Source: Lama guanicoe
Taxonomy: Eukaryota
Assembly (NCBI GenBank): GCA_013239625.1
Contig: MU053934.1
Coordinates: 10,641,003-10,705,002, forward strand
DNA length: 64,000 bases
Direction of reading: 5' to 3'
Made by a program: the position numbers and the translations under genes. This document shows positions 1 to 12,800 of the stretch, in pieces. Position 1 is the first letter of the stretch. Every line of letters begins with the position of its first letter. The notes below the pieces were generated by a model that was not told the DNA's origin, ran no database searches, and saw only the letters and a list, made by a program, of their open reading frames with translations.

Positions 1-939
1 AAATATCATTACTGTGACTTCTGAGTTCAAATGCCACCCTGTTTGCTGGTGATGTGTCCTGGGATGGGGCAGTGCCCCCTCCAGCTGGTGGTCTTCCCGG
101 GACATTGTGCCCGGAGAAGAGAGATGCCCCAGGGAGGAGCCTCGGGTGTCACCGGGTGTCTCCTGTCTGTGTGTTGCCTTTTAAAAAGTTTCAGTCTTGG
201 TTCTGACCATCTAACCCTCCAGGTCTGGAGGGAGGCAGGGGATGGTTCCAAACGGTAGCTGTCCTTTGTCTGCCTGCTGTTGCGCACGTCCACCGTGAGT
301 AGAGGCGGAAGCCAGCATGTTAGCTTCGTTCTAGAGGCTCTTTGGAGGACCAGAGCTCAGACGCACAGTTGGGTGGGCCTGGGACACCATGGAGGGCATC
401 AGAGTCACCTGCGGTTGGGCAGCTGAGCTGGGCTGGGGTAATCACAGGTCTGTGAGTGACCTCAGCCTGAGAGGAGAGAGGTGCCCTCCGCCACCTGCAC
501 CTTCACCGGATCCCTTCTGCACCACGGAGATCTTGCTGATCCAACTGCTTTGCCGACTGGAATGCGGAGGGACAGTCCCGGGAGTGGGAGGCCGGGGGAG
601 ACGGGCCCCAGGGCGGGCTCTCAGCCCCTACACAGCTCTCCCACCGGGGAGTCCGCGCCACCGCAAGGCTCCTCGCGGCTCCCCGCCCCGGGAGGCTGCC
701 TGGGTATCAGCCTGGGGGGCGTCCTGGCCCCCTGGGGCGGTGCCTGCCTGCGCCAAACCTCCCACCGCAGCACACAGGAGCATCTTGTGCAGATCTGTCC
801 TGACCAGCGGTAGTTTCTGAACACCGATTGTTACAGTTGCTGCTGTTCCGGGAGAAACAAACCCTGAGACTCAGAATAAAGACACGAGGCAAGCTTGTCT
901 TCCATCTACTCCTCGCACCCCAAGTTAGGATTCGGCCTT

Positions 940-2180
940 CGCGGTCGGATGGGAAGCCTGTGGTCTGCTCCCTCGCAGTCTGGGGACAGCGGCTCCCGCG
1001 TGCGCAGCCGCGGCCACCAGCTCCACAGCGCACCCGGTCACGCAGCCTGAATCCCGGGTCCCGGCTTTGCAAACGCACGGGCCGCGGGAGCTGCGGGCGC
1101 CCTCCTCCGCAGCCTCGGTGTTTACAGAGTCGCTGGGATGGCCTCGCGCTGGGACCTGAGCCCAGTCGCCGTCTCAGCGAGCTGAGTGATGGGACCGTTG
1201 CCTTCTCCTCTTTCCTTCGATTCCGGATCCATGGTTCCTGGATGATGGGGCCGCGCCGGTCAGGACAGGCAGGGAGAAATCCCGAGGCAGCTGGAAGGAG
1301 ACCCTCCGGACGGCGTGAGCAGGTGGACTGCACCTGGGGAGCTGAGGGGAGCTGAGTCCCCCCTTGGATGCTACGCACAGGCGATCGTTTCCCGCGGTCC
1401 CTTCCTTGCGTGGCTGTGCCGGTGCGGCGGCGGACGGCGGGCCGGCCGCAGTAGGGACACCCTGTCCGCACCCTCCCGACCTCAGACAGGCAGCCATCGG
1501 TGTTCGCACCGCTGAGAAAGGCGCGGGGCTCCGCCAGGTCTTCAGCAAGCACCAGCGCAGTCTCAGCCCGGGGTGGGGGTGGGGGGCTCTGCGCTGCGTG
1601 GACCCGCCTCCAGCTTCGCCTTATCCGTGCGCACGCGCACTCGCACGGCCGCAAACACGCGCACACACAGATTCAAACCTGTTTGAACTCACTCTTATGC
1701 TTAAAACAATGCAAAGCTCCCCTTGTCCAGAAGTTGAAGCCCCTAACCTGACAAGCAGTGCCCTTTCCCCTTTGTCCTCTGATGACCTCTTGAAGCCCAG
1801 TCCCCTGCCGGCCCTCCCTCTTTGTTTTCCAGGGACCAAGACTCCGCGTACAAGTTCCCCAAAGCCACATTGTTTCAGGTGCCTGTGTCTTCGTGTTTGT
1901 TCCGTGCAAACGTCCCCACACCCAGAGCCCAGCTCAGACACGCCTCCCGGGCTGCCTTCCTGGATCCAGAGACGCGCCGGTCGCAGGAAGCGCCCGTGCC
2001 CATCGCCCCCGGGGCAGCCGCGGATCCCCTCCTGCAGTTGGCGCGGTGGCGTCTGTCAGAGAGGAGGCTCGGGGCCGCCTGCCAGGGCGGGTCCCGGCGG
2101 AGCCAGGGCCCGGGGGGAAGCGCCGTCCCCTCTCGGGACGACCTCACCGGGCGGCTGCTTTTATTCCAGCGCGTCCCCCA
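940..2180. promoter_or_regulatory. CpG-rich/GC-rich segment (possible orphan CpG island)
   Basis: Dense CG dinucleotides (e.g. gcggcggcggacggcgggccggccgc ~1425-1450; gtgcgcacgcgcactcgcacggccgc ~1627-1652); no associated exon recognised. Confidence 0.45.
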
Positions 2181-2739
2181 GTCCTGACTCTTCTCAAAGA
2201 GTCAAAGCGAACAGGAGCCCAGGGAGGATCTGTTAGATGTTTATTCGTTTCCCTCTAAAGCTCAGCGGCTGCAAAAGGAGGCATTTATTTTAAAACATAA
2301 ACTGTGGTTGGCGGAGTGCAGGTGTGGGTCTCTCCATCACCCCTAAGCCCCCGGCTCTGCCGCTGTCTACCGCCTCCAGCCCAGACACCCCTTCACGGTG
2401 TGTTTTCTTCCACCAGGTGACAGGGAGGTGATCTGGCTGTCCTGGACACCACTGCTGACCCACTGATGTCACTAAACTTCCCTCAAGTGGAGAAATAAAA
2501 GGGAACCACTTTTCTTGCCTTCTTACAAGTCCCCCGTCCACTCTGCCAGAGAAATCCCAGAGCTCCCTGGCTCTGGGCTGGGGGGACCAAGAGTGCGCTG
2601 CGGGGAGGTGTCGGGGCATCTCCTTGAGTCGCACTTGCTGAGTGGCCCTGCCCACCCCCTGCTACCCAGAAGCAACCCCAGGACTCTGGGAAAACATCTC
2701 TGACTAACGCCAGCCCCAGTATTGCTCCTCCATGCCTCC

Positions 2740-2880
2740 CTCCTCCCACTCCACCCCTCACACCATTCCCAGAATCATCTAACAGGCAGATCTGATGGGG
2801 TTCGCCCTGCTTGAAACCCTGCCGAGGTCTGTCTGACCCTTCCCGCCTGCTCCTGCCCACCGGCCCACCTGCCTGGCATC
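2740..2880 (+). mobile_element. L2 LINE relic
   Basis: cagaatcatctaacaggcagatctgatggggttcgccctgcttgaaaccct resembles the L2 3' region motif (...aaatctgatcatgtcactcccctgcttaaaaccct). Confidence 0.5.
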
Positions 2881-2934
2881 ACCCCCACCATCCTGCCCCT
2901 GGCGCTCCACTTCCCCCCGGGGGGAACCATCTGG

Positions 2935-3215
2935 TGCATGTTCCATCATCTGTGGTGGAGGAAGAGGTTTTTCTGTCCATCACAGACAGTGCTTTGAAAA
3001 CGACAGCAAAAAAGAAATTACTCAGAAAATGAAATCAAAAGGCAAACAAAGCACAGCCTCCATGCTTTTATTAATAATTTCAACAGACATAAAATTACTC
3101 TGTCAATTTTTTATAAACACCTCTAAATGCTTGCTCTCAGTGTTTGTTCTCCTCCCACCATGAGCTGTGACCACCGTTTTGCGGACCAGCACAGCCCCAG
3201 AGACCACAATGGGGG
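2935..3215 (-). mobile_element. hAT-Charlie non-autonomous DNA transposon (MER-type MITE) relic
   Basis: Minus strand reads tgtggtct...ggtccgc...gagagcaagcatttag...ttgacagagtaattttatgtctgttgaa...caccacagat, matching a eutherian hAT-Charlie MITE as recalled; subfamily not assigned. Confidence 0.65.
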
Positions 3216-3769
3216 AGGCGCTGATGGAAGAGATCCGCACTGTCTCTTGCCTGAGGGTTGGCCCTGCCGCACCCTCTGCTGGCCCTCCCCGCCCCTGTGG
3301 ATGACCTGACTCTCACTCCTCTCCAGGGTGGGAGCCTCCCTTCCTCCAGCGTCTTCCTGGACCCCCTGTCCAAGCCGAATGCCCCTCCTCTGTGCTCGTG
3401 TGGGGCGGCTGGCCCCTCCCTGGGGCACAGGCATACAGCCGGTTCTCGTAGTGCTTCTGAAGGGCATGGAGGTGCACCTGCACACAGAGAGGTCCAGGTG
3501 GCACTGTGATCAGCATCCTTCAAAACGTGGGCTGTGACCTCCGTGTGAGTGCTGCCACTTTGGGTTGGAAACGTGGGGCTATAAGTGAATCCTTCCCTAT
3601 TGGGATCCAGGGAAGGACACAGCTTTGGCTCCGTGGAATCTCCGAGATGATTTACAAAGACATGTGGCACCGTTTGCCTGCATGCCAGGAGTGCGTGTTG
3701 TGCTTTGGGTGTCCATTTGTTGAGTCTAATGAGAAGCATTAATGTGATGTCCTTTAGCAGATGGCAGGT

Positions 3770-4000
3770 GTGGCATTAAAACAGTTATTATGACCGAAAT
3801 CCATATGTTGAAAAGTTATGTAGACTCATAGGGGAGATTAGAAACAGGCTTAAATTAAACTTCTAGCAATGAAACCTACAAAGCACCGAATGACAAGTGG
3901 ACTGGAGGGGCCGAACAGCGGAAGAGATCTTGCAGAAGACAATGCTAGCTTGAAGGTGTTCCCATAAAAATGATCCAAAATGCAACACTGGGAGAGGAGA
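3770..4000 (+). mobile_element. Old L1 ORF1 fragment
   Basis: A-rich; aaacttctagcaatgaaa...gaacagcggaagagatcttgcagaagac...gcttgaagg...aaatgatccaaaatgcaacac resembles the L1M ORF1 coiled-coil region. Confidence 0.55.
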
Positions 4001-4016
4001 GTAAACCTGGGGACAC

Positions 4017-5510
4017 TTTTTATTGCTGAGTAGAATTCTGCTGTTTAGCGATATGACATTTTGATGATCTATTCAACAGGTGATGAACGTTTGGTTTGTT
4101 TCCAGTGTTTGGCTGTTACACCGAGAGCTGCAGGAGAATTTCGAGCACACGGCTTTGTGCAGATTCCTGCCTCCAAGTCTCCTGGGTTAAAAATGAGGTG
4201 TGGGCTTGCTGGGGTTATGGTGAGCTTACGTTTGACTTTTGGAGAGATCGCCAGTTATTCTAAAATGAGTGCCCTATTATACCCTCCCCAGTTCCACGTG
4301 CAGGGCCCCGTTTCTCCCTCCTCTCCAACACCTGTTATGGTCTGTCTCATTGCTTACAGCCACTGTCGTGCGTGTGACGTAGTATCTCATTGGGGTCTTA
4401 ATTTGCATTTTTAATGCCTAAGTGATGATGAGCATCTTTCTATGTGTTTAAAACCATGTGCATCTCTTCATTGGTGAAATATCTATTCAAAATTTTTGTC
4501 CATTAAAAAAAATTGGGTTGTTTTCTTATTTTTGAGTTGTAAACTTTCTTGATATATTCCAGATACAAGCTCTTTACCAGACAACAATTTGTATATATTT
4601 CTCCCAATTTTTGGTTTGCCTTTTAAGAGTTTCTTTCAAAGAGCAAACATTTTAAATTTTGATGGAATCCAGTTGATCAAATTCATTTCTGAGGAATGCC
4701 TCTTTGGTGTCACGTTTAAGAAACCTTTGCCTCAGCAAAGATCGTGAAGATTTTCTCCTATGTTTTCTTCTCAGCATTCAAGATTGTCATGATTGCAATG
4801 GGCATCTGGTACATTTTGAGTTAATTTTGCACACGGTGCGCGGTAAGCCTCTGCGCTCCTTCCCCCTCCCCCCTCCTCAGTTGACCCTCAGTGGTGGGGT
4901 TTATTTCTAGACTCTTAATTCTGTTTCAGTCACCTTTGTCTCTCCTTATGCCAATACCACACGTTATTGGTTACTATGGTGTTAAAGTAAGTTTGGAGAT
5001 TGGGAAGAATAAGTTCTCAAACTTTATTCTTCTTTTTCAAAATTACTTTTGCTATTATAGAACTTTTATATTTGCATATACTTTTTTTTAAGGTCAACAC
5101 ATATACACACACACACATACACCTGGGAGTATTTTATTTGGAATAGTACTGGATCTGCACATCAATTTGAGAAAGAATCACCATTCTAACAGTATTGAGT
5201 CTTTCCATCCATGAACGTGGATTTTTTTTTATTACTTAGATCTTTAATTTATCTCAGCAGCTTGATAGTTTTCAGTGGACAAGTTACACTTTTTGTTAAA
5301 TTTATTCCTGAGTATTTTATTCTTTCTGATGCTATTTTAAGTGGAATTATTTTTTAAAATTTCATTTTCAGTGAGCTCATTTCTAGTATGTAGAAATGTC
5401 ATTAACGTTTGTGTGTGGCAGTTGTATCTTGTGACCTTGATGAATTCATTTATTTGTTCTATTGGATTTTTGATGACTCCTGACTGCTTTCTATGTGTAA
5501 GATCACATTG
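4017..5510 (-). mobile_element. L1 (L1M) 3' ORF2 to 3' UTR, antisense, decayed
   Basis: T-rich; hallmark antisense L1 motifs ttttattgctgagtag, gtagtatctcattggggtcttaatttgcatt, ctttattcttctttttcaaaatt, ttgttaaatttattcctgagtattttatt; stops near the RT 'ILY.EN' region. Confidence 0.9.
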
Positions 5511-6376
5511 TTTATAAATTATATACATGAAGTGGAAACTGGAAAGCTAAGGGGAGAAGAAGATGTACCCATAATCCCATGTGGCGATTTTAACACACTC
5601 ACTTCTGTACAATGGAGCAATAGACATAAAATCATTAAAGAGGTAGAAGATTCAAAAAACAGCTCTACCAACAAACCTCATCCAACTGACATTTGTAAAC
5701 CACTCTATTTGACAATTGAAGAATACGCATTCTTTTCCTCTGTGGATAGGAAGTTCTCCAGGCTACAGTGACCATGTGTTGTGGCATAAAATAAGCCTCA
5801 GTAAATTTTGTAGGGTTGAAATAATAAATATCCTCTCTGGTCACAATACAGTTAAATGGAGGAGGAAGAACATTTTACAAATCACTTCATGTTGCCAGCT
5901 TAACCATGATACCAAAACATGACAAAGACGTTACAATTAAATTAGAAATTAAAAAACAAAAAAAATCCAAATAGTTGGCAATTGGATACACAGTTATAAA
6001 TAACCCACAAGTCAAAGAAGTCAAGGAACAAATCACAATGGAAACGAGGAAATATTTTTAAACCAATAAAAATGAAAGCACCACAGATCAAAATTTATGA
6101 ACCAACATTAAAACAATGCTTAGAAAGAAATTTATAAATTTAAGTGTATACTTAGAAAGGAGTTGAAATGAAAAGTTAATGACCTACTTTTAGAAGCTAG
6201 CAAAATAAGAGCAAATTATTTCCAAAGAAAGTAGCATAATGAAAACCATAAAGGTAAGAGCAGAATTACATGAATTAGAAAACCTGCACTTAGGAAATTA
6301 GTAAAGTGAAAAAAAAAGCTCTTTTAAAAGGTTAACAAAATTGATAAAACCTTAGCAAGACAGATAGTAAAGAACA

Positions 6377-6407
6377 GACACACACACACACACACACACA
6401 TACACAC
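6377..6407. repeat. (CA)n microsatellite
   Basis: gacacacacacacacacacacacatacacac directly visible. Confidence 0.9.
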
Positions 6408-7609
6408 GAGGCAGGGGACAGGGAAACACTGCAAATAACCAATATTAGGGCAAAAGCAAGGCTATTACTAAAGGGGCTACAGACGTTCAATGAACAATAA
6501 GAGAACATCAAGAACATCTTTTTTGCCAGTTGCTTTTTACAAATTAGATATAATACATAAATTTCTTCAAGAAACATTATTTATCAGAAAAAAGAAGAAA
6601 TAGAAATGCACAATAGCCCTAAATCTATAATCACCTTGAGTTCATAGTTAAATGATTTTTATAATGAAAACCCTAGGCTAGGGTAATCTAAGTAATGAAT
6701 TTAACACTGGAGTAAGAACTATTACTGAACTCATACACTATTTCAAAATATTAAGGAAGAGAGAACATGTTGCAGATCATTGCATGATGCCAGTGTAACC
6801 ATGATGCTAAAACCTACCAGAGATACTATAGAAGAATAAAGCTGTAGACCAATATCCTTCACCAGTTTAGGGATAAAAGTCCTAAACAAGACACTACCAA
6901 ACAGAAAGCAGTAATATATAAAAGTCTGATATGCTGTGACTAAATGAAGTTTATCCCAGGGGGCAATGTTTGTTTAACATTCAGAAGTCAATCAGTGTAA
7001 TTCACCGCACCAATAAATAAAGGGCACATGTGAAAAACCAACAGCTAACATCATACAGTGGTGAGACACTGAAGCTTTGACCTTAACATCAGGAACAAAG
7101 CACAAATGTCTGCTTTTATCACTGCTACCTAACAGTATACTGGAGGTCCTAACTAGAGTCAGGAATCAAGAGAAATGTAAATGGCGCACATATTTGAAAG
7201 GAAAAAGTAAAACTCTCCACTTCCAGAGACAGCGTTCTTGTCCACATGGAAATTTATTAAGCAACCTTTAATAAAAACTAACAGATTATTACATACGCTT
7301 TCGGACATGGTCACAGGAAACAAATCAACATAACATCCTTTAAAAATATATAATAATGACAATCAATCGGAAATAATTTTTAAAAGCGTTTTAATATATA
7401 ACAAGAAATAAAATACTTAAAGATAACTTTAGCAAAAGATGTATGTGATTTTTTTATGTGAAAAGTACAAATGTGGCTTATAGAGTTAAAAGAGAGCTAA
7501 ATGAGTGCACAGGTATACCATGTTCATAGATTGGGAGAATCAACATTGTTAATCTGTCAGTTCTCCCCAGACATGTATAGATTAAATTCAGTTCCATTCA
7601 AAATCCAGT

Positions 7610-7680
7610 CCCTCTCTCTCTCTTTTTCTCTTTTTCCCTTCCTTCCTCCCTCCCTCCTTTCTCTTTCTCTTTCTCTTCCT
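7610..7680. repeat. CT-rich low-complexity tract
   Basis: cctctctctctctttttctctttttcccttccttcctccctccctcc... inserted in L1. Confidence 0.85.
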
Positions 7681-9944
7681 GGGAAGTAGCAAGTGACTCT
7701 AAAATTTATAGTAACATGCAAAGGAAATAGAATAGATAAAGTGTTTTTAAGAAGCCAAGTTGGACACCTCATAACTGTTAGCAATACTTATCATAAAGTT
7801 ACAATAAATGGGATAATGTATTGATGGCATACATTTAGGCACACAGATCAATGACAAACAAGAGAGTCCAGATCGACTCATACATATAAAGCCGATTGAT
7901 TTTCAACAAAAATGTCGAGGTAATTCAATGCAGAAAGGAAAATCTTTTTAACAGCTAGTACTCCAACAACTGGATACCCATATAGGAAAAAAAGGACGCT
8001 CAATCTCTGTTTCACACCCTTCACAAATATGAATGGAGGTTACAGCCCTACATGTAAAACCTGTAACTATGAAGCTTTTAAAAGAAAACCAAAGAATGTA
8101 ATTGTGATCGTGGAGTAGGCAAAATTTCTTAGCAGGATCCAAAAAGCAATAACCATAAAAGAAATGGACAATTTGAGCTTCCTCAAAATTAAGAGCTTTT
8201 TCTCATCAAAAGATGCCATTAAGAAAATGCTGCTCTTTCCCCCTCCACAGCCAGTCTGTGGGAGCAAACACTGGCAGTACAATAGGACCACAGAGCACAA
8301 ACTTTTGTCTTAAGTCAAATGGCTTATTTTATGGGATATATAAGAATATCATCTGAATAGTTATAAAAGGTTAAAAAAAGTAGGGAAAATGATGAATGAC
8401 TTGCATACCTACTCCACAAACGAAGACACACCAGTATGTGCCAATAAGCACATGAAAAGGGGTTAGAAATCTCAATGGTAAAGGAAATGATACAAACTAA
8501 AACCGCAATTCAATACCACTTCATGGCCGTATTCAAGACTGACACCATCAAATGTTGCAAGAACGCAGATTTATGAGAATCCCTATATATTGCTGAAAAG
8601 TGGCGCTATCATTTTGGAGAGCTATTGGCCAATTTCTTGTAAATTTTAATGTACTTCTACTCAGTAATCTGGCAATTTGTGCACCAAGAAGAATAAAAAT
8701 ATACTTACTCAGAAAACTTGTAAATGAGTGTGATATTAGCTTTATTCATAGAAGCCCAGAATTGAAAACAACCCAAATAGCCATCAACTGGAGAAAGAAT
8801 ATGTAATTTTTGGAATGCTAATACAATAGTATACTAGTTTTTAATATTATTAAAAATGATAAATTGTTGCTACATGGAACCACATAGATGAATCTCAGAA
8901 GCATCACGGTGAGTGAAAGAAGCAAGTCCCTGAAAGAGCACACACCGCCTGTATTTATACAGGGCTCAGGAGCAGGCCGGCAAAGCTAACCAAGGGTGAT
9001 GGAAACCCGAACAGCGATCGCTTATGAGGGTGGGGAACGACTGGCGGGGAGGGGAGGGGGCTCTCGAGGTGATGAAAATGTTCTAAATCTTGAGAGGTGT
9101 GTATGTGTCAAAATTCATTGAACTGTACGGTCCAGATCTGAGCATCTCACTGCATGTAAATTTCTTCTCAAGTTTCTGGAAAAAGGAAATGTGGCTAGCC
9201 TGATATAACTTACTCATAGTGAGCCTACATTTTTTTTTCCAATTTTCATGTAAAATTGGAAAAAAATTCATTTAAAATTTCGTTTTCCTTTAAAACTGTG
9301 GCCAGTCATAAACCACTGTCCTGACTCCGCCTCCAACAAAAATCTCAAGGTTTTGAGCCCTGAAGATGAGGCGAGAGGACTTGGCTCTTTTCCTTGGGTA
9401 CCTCCCCAGTCTCCCCGTCAAGGCCCCTGAGGGTCACTGCGGCTTAAGGAAGGCCGCTCTTTGAGACCGTTTTTCGGTGGGAACCCCACACCACGGTGGC
9501 GCTCACTTCATTTCAAACCACAGTCTTCCCTGCTCCTGGAGCCAGTGGAAGAAGTCCAAAGACAGGTATCTTGTTTTGTCCTACGCTCGAGGAAGAATCA
9601 ATGCGTTCTCACGGAGAACGATGCTAATGTCTTTGGAAGAAAGTGTCTTTAAAAGGCAGGCACCGTTCTCTCCCCCACAGTGAAGGAGGAGGACCCACGG
9701 CTCCCTCTCCCAGCTCCGTCTTAGCTGTCCTGATGCATCCCTTTGGCCAGGTTTTCTGATTCAGTACCGAGAAACAGGAATCAGCCAACAACACTCCTTT
9801 TAAAAGTGCCAGGATAAACTTTTATATAAAGGTACAAACTATCATTTCTCAAGAATGTGTGCATGGAAAGAACACACACATTTATGGTTTCTTCTATAAA
9901 TTCTTTCCGCTTTATTGTTTTTCCTCTTCTTCCTCCCTTCCTTC

Positions 9945-10390
9945 ATTGCCAGGAGCATGGCTCCCTCAGAGCTCCTGCTGCGGGGACCCTGATTGACTTA
10001 TGGACCCAGGTCCTGTCTCTCTGGACGCACGAACATTTGTGACCCCACATCTTCTCCCAGGCTGCTTCCAGCCAATGTCTGAGCACCACAGGGGTACTCA
10101 TTCAGGCCCACACATGCAATAAGGGGGCTCCTTGGGCGGGCAGTATTGGCTTGAGGGCTTGCCATCAGTCTGGTCAAATATTTCTTACAACTGTGCGACA
10201 GTCAGACTCGTTCTACCCAGTCCTCCTTCTCTCCTCTCCTTCACGCGCGTTTGACCTACATCATGGTCTGAAGGCCGTCCTTTCCCTCTCCTGCGCCCTG
10301 CTTCATCCTTCACAGGCATGTGCTCAGCAAATCCCCTGCATGTCAAACCCCACCTTGGGGTCTAGTTCTGCGCAGATCCCGCGTGACACA
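9945..10390 (+). mobile_element. ERVL solo LTR (LTR16-like)
   Basis: ggctgcttccagccaatg...; 3' end aaatcccctgcatgtcaaaccccaccttggggtctagttctgcgcagatcccgcgtgacaca resembles the LTR16-family terminus ending in CA. Confidence 0.7.
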
Positions 10391-10659
10391 TTCCTCCTTA
10401 TCCTCATCCTCCTTGTGTCTCTTCTCCATCTGCTCATGTGCCTCCTCTTTCCTCTGCTCTCCCCTTAGTTCTCCTGTTGTCTTCCTCTGGGTTTTTGCTG
10501 TATTCACGCCTCCTTGGCCATCTGTGGAATCTTCTTTCCATAGTTATTGGAACTCACACTGCCTGTGGGATGGACTACGGCCTATCTGATTACAGAGTAG
10601 AGTTGACAGTTTTACCAATTCTAGCCAAAATCAATAAACATATGTTTAATTAGGAGTCT

Positions 10660-10890
10660 TGTAACCATGAAGATATGAAGAACCGGGGAAGGCTAACCAA
10701 GAGGAAAGAAATGCCTGAGTAGAGCTCAGGGGAGCGGGGCTTTGCCAGAGCGCACAGACGCTCCCGAGGACGGAAGTCATAGGGAAGAGCATGCTGGCTT
10801 AAGATGAGGGAAGCTATCAGAGGAGGAGTCGCACATCGCAAAATAGTGTCTTAGAGAGCTGTCAGCCCCCCACTAACGGGAGTTTTCACA
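10660..10890 (+). mobile_element. Possible CR1/L3 relic
   Basis: Weak resemblance of ...gagagctgtcagcccccc actaacgggagttttca to the L3 3' region. Confidence 0.25.
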
Positions 10891-10986
10891 TTGATTTAAA
10901 TTGAGAATTGATTAGAAATTTTAATTGCAAATGAGTTCTGTGAGAAAAATGTGAACTCAGAGCCTCCGAGCAGGGAATTTCTTTCC

Positions 10987-11003
10987 CTGCCATCTGCTGG
11001 CAA
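10987..11003 (-). promoter_or_regulatory. CTCF core motif candidate
   Basis: Minus strand ttgCCAGCAGATGGCAG matches CCASYAGRKGGCR; lies in apparently unique sequence. Confidence 0.55.
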
Positions 11004-11189
11004 TGTACGCCCACAACCACTAAGAACGCTTAGCTATGTTGCAAATTAACATTATGAGTCAGTAAGTGGTTGTTTCAAAATACCCTTTGGTTGAGTTAGG
11101 TAGCAACAGCGACAGCTACAATAACCAGAACAAAGTCTCTAACTAATGCCACTGCCTCATACAACAACTCAGCTTGGTCTTCTGCCGGA

Positions 11190-11510
11190 AATCATGGTAT
11201 ACAACATGCCAAATAGTGAAAATTTGGAATCCAAGTGACATATGTACACAGATATGCTGCTATTCAACAACACTGCATCTGACTATCTTGCCCAATGCAA
11301 TAAGACAAGAAAAGAAAGAAGCAACATGTAATAAGAGGTAACATGTAATAAGGAAAAATATCTATGGTCATCTTTGCAGATGTTTGTCTAGTTAAAAGTA
11401 TTAAACAAAAAGAAACAGCAACACAACTGAAATATATTTTAGTAATAAAAGAGCTCAGTAAGGGGATGGATAAAAACCCAACATGCAACGAAGTGTTTCC
11501 TCATACACAA
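11190..11510 (+). mobile_element. L1 ORF2 RT fragment
   Basis: gcccaatgcaataagacaagaaaaga...tcatctttgcagatg (AIRQEK...FADD region). Confidence 0.7.
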
Positions 11511-11599
11511 ATGCCCGACACCTTCCTTGAAGTCTAGACTCATGATACACGGTGCCTGCTCAATATCACTGCTTATGTTTCTTCCCTCCTCCTCCCTTC

Positions 11600-12080
11600 C
11601 TCCCGCAGGTGTTTAGGCGCTCCCATTCTGTGCCAGGCCCTCTTTAAGTTGTTGGGGAAGAGGATGGCAAAAGGGGAGAATAAGTTCCTGTCCCCTTGGA
11701 CCTGGCCCTATAGGGCAACCAGACAATGGAAAATAAATATTACATATGGTGCCCTAGACTGTGGTAACTGCTAATGAACAAATAAAGCAAGCAAACAGAA
11801 AGGGCGTGTTGATGGGCAGGGGCTGGGATTTTGCTGGGATGCCTGGGGCGTTCTCACCGAAGGCACAGTGGTGCGAGGGGCGGGAACGCAGCTTCCAGCA
11901 GGAGAGCCTTCCGGACAGGAGGTGCAGGCACGCGAGGGCCCTGCCCCGGCAGCCTGCCTGGCTTGCCCCAGCTGGCCCGCGGGCCGGTGTGTCTGGAGCA
12001 GAGCGACAGGAGAGCAAGGCTGTAGGGGAGAGGATCACTTAGGAATTCTGAGTCGCTGCAAGTGTGAGGGAGGGGGATGC
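11600..12080 (-). mobile_element. L2 3' end, antisense
   Basis: gtgtttaggcgctcccattctgtgccaggccct...gagccttccggacaggaggtgcagg...ggccggtgtgtctggagcagag typical of antisense L2. Confidence 0.7.
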
Positions 12081-12119
12081 GATTGACAGCCTGAGTGGAT
12101 GAGTGACACCATTTCTACT

Positions 12120-12800
12120 TGACACTCAAGACAGATTCCTGCGAGCCTTCCCAGCACACTCCGGAACCACTCCCCTCCCACTGTTTCCATACAGGGAGTG
12201 GGCCCTCCCCTCCCCAGTCACTCAGGCCGTGGTCCTCAGAGTCTGCCTCTGCTCCTCTGTCCTGTGGGTGCACATCAACTTCATCACCAAACCCTACTGC
12301 CCTGACCTTTCATATAGAACTGAAATCTTCTCTGAGATTTCCACCCCCGGCCTAAGGTGTAATTGTCTCTCTCTAGGCCGGGAGCCTCCAACTGGTCCCC
12401 TAATTTCATTCTTGACCGTCCACCCTGTGTTTCACAGGGGCGTCCAAAGTGACTCTTTAAAATACAAAAGCCAAACCACGTGCTTCCCTTGCTCAGAACT
12501 CCCCAAGGTCTTCTCATCACACAGTCCTCAGCATGGACTTACAGGGACACAGGACCTTGCCACGCTGCTGTTCCCACCTCCTCTCTCCCACTTCTGCCCC
12601 ACCCACGCCAGCCCCGTCACCGCCCTGCTGTTCTCTTTCAGGCACCGCAGCGGGGGCCCCGCAAAACCGTCACATTTCCTGCAGCCTCCGCAGGGAGTGT
12701 TCCTCCTGTGACGCAGTAGCTCACTCAGTTCCCGTATCTGCTCAGACTTCGTCTCCTAAGAAAAGACTTCCCCTGTGAGCCTGTTAAAGAGACCTGCCTT
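12120..12800 (+). mobile_element. L2 relic
   Basis: gagcctccaactggtccc...agtgactctttaaaatacaaa...cccttgctcagaactcc...tctgctcagacttcgtctcctaagaaaagacttccc. Confidence 0.7.

Larger units (their letters stand above)
5525..9180 (+). mobile_element. Old L1 (L1MC/L1ME-like) ORF2 endonuclease to 3' UTR, decayed
   Basis: Translated relics GDFNT, 'YAFFSS', 'DHVLWHK', 'SGHN' (APE endonuclease), 'SGTKHKCLLLSLLPNSILEVL' (RT); 3' UTR ggtgatgaaaatgttctaaatcttga...tgtcaaaattcattgaactgtac. Confidence 0.9.

Noticed and set aside
707..2236. Long overlapping ORFs (319 aa, 290 aa)
   Set aside because: R/P/G/A-rich with no domain; open on both strands as expected in stop-poor GC-rich DNA.
4017..9180. Twin-priming inversion for the first L1 pair
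   Set aside because: Both arms contain the same RT-to-3' region, so they are separate insertions.
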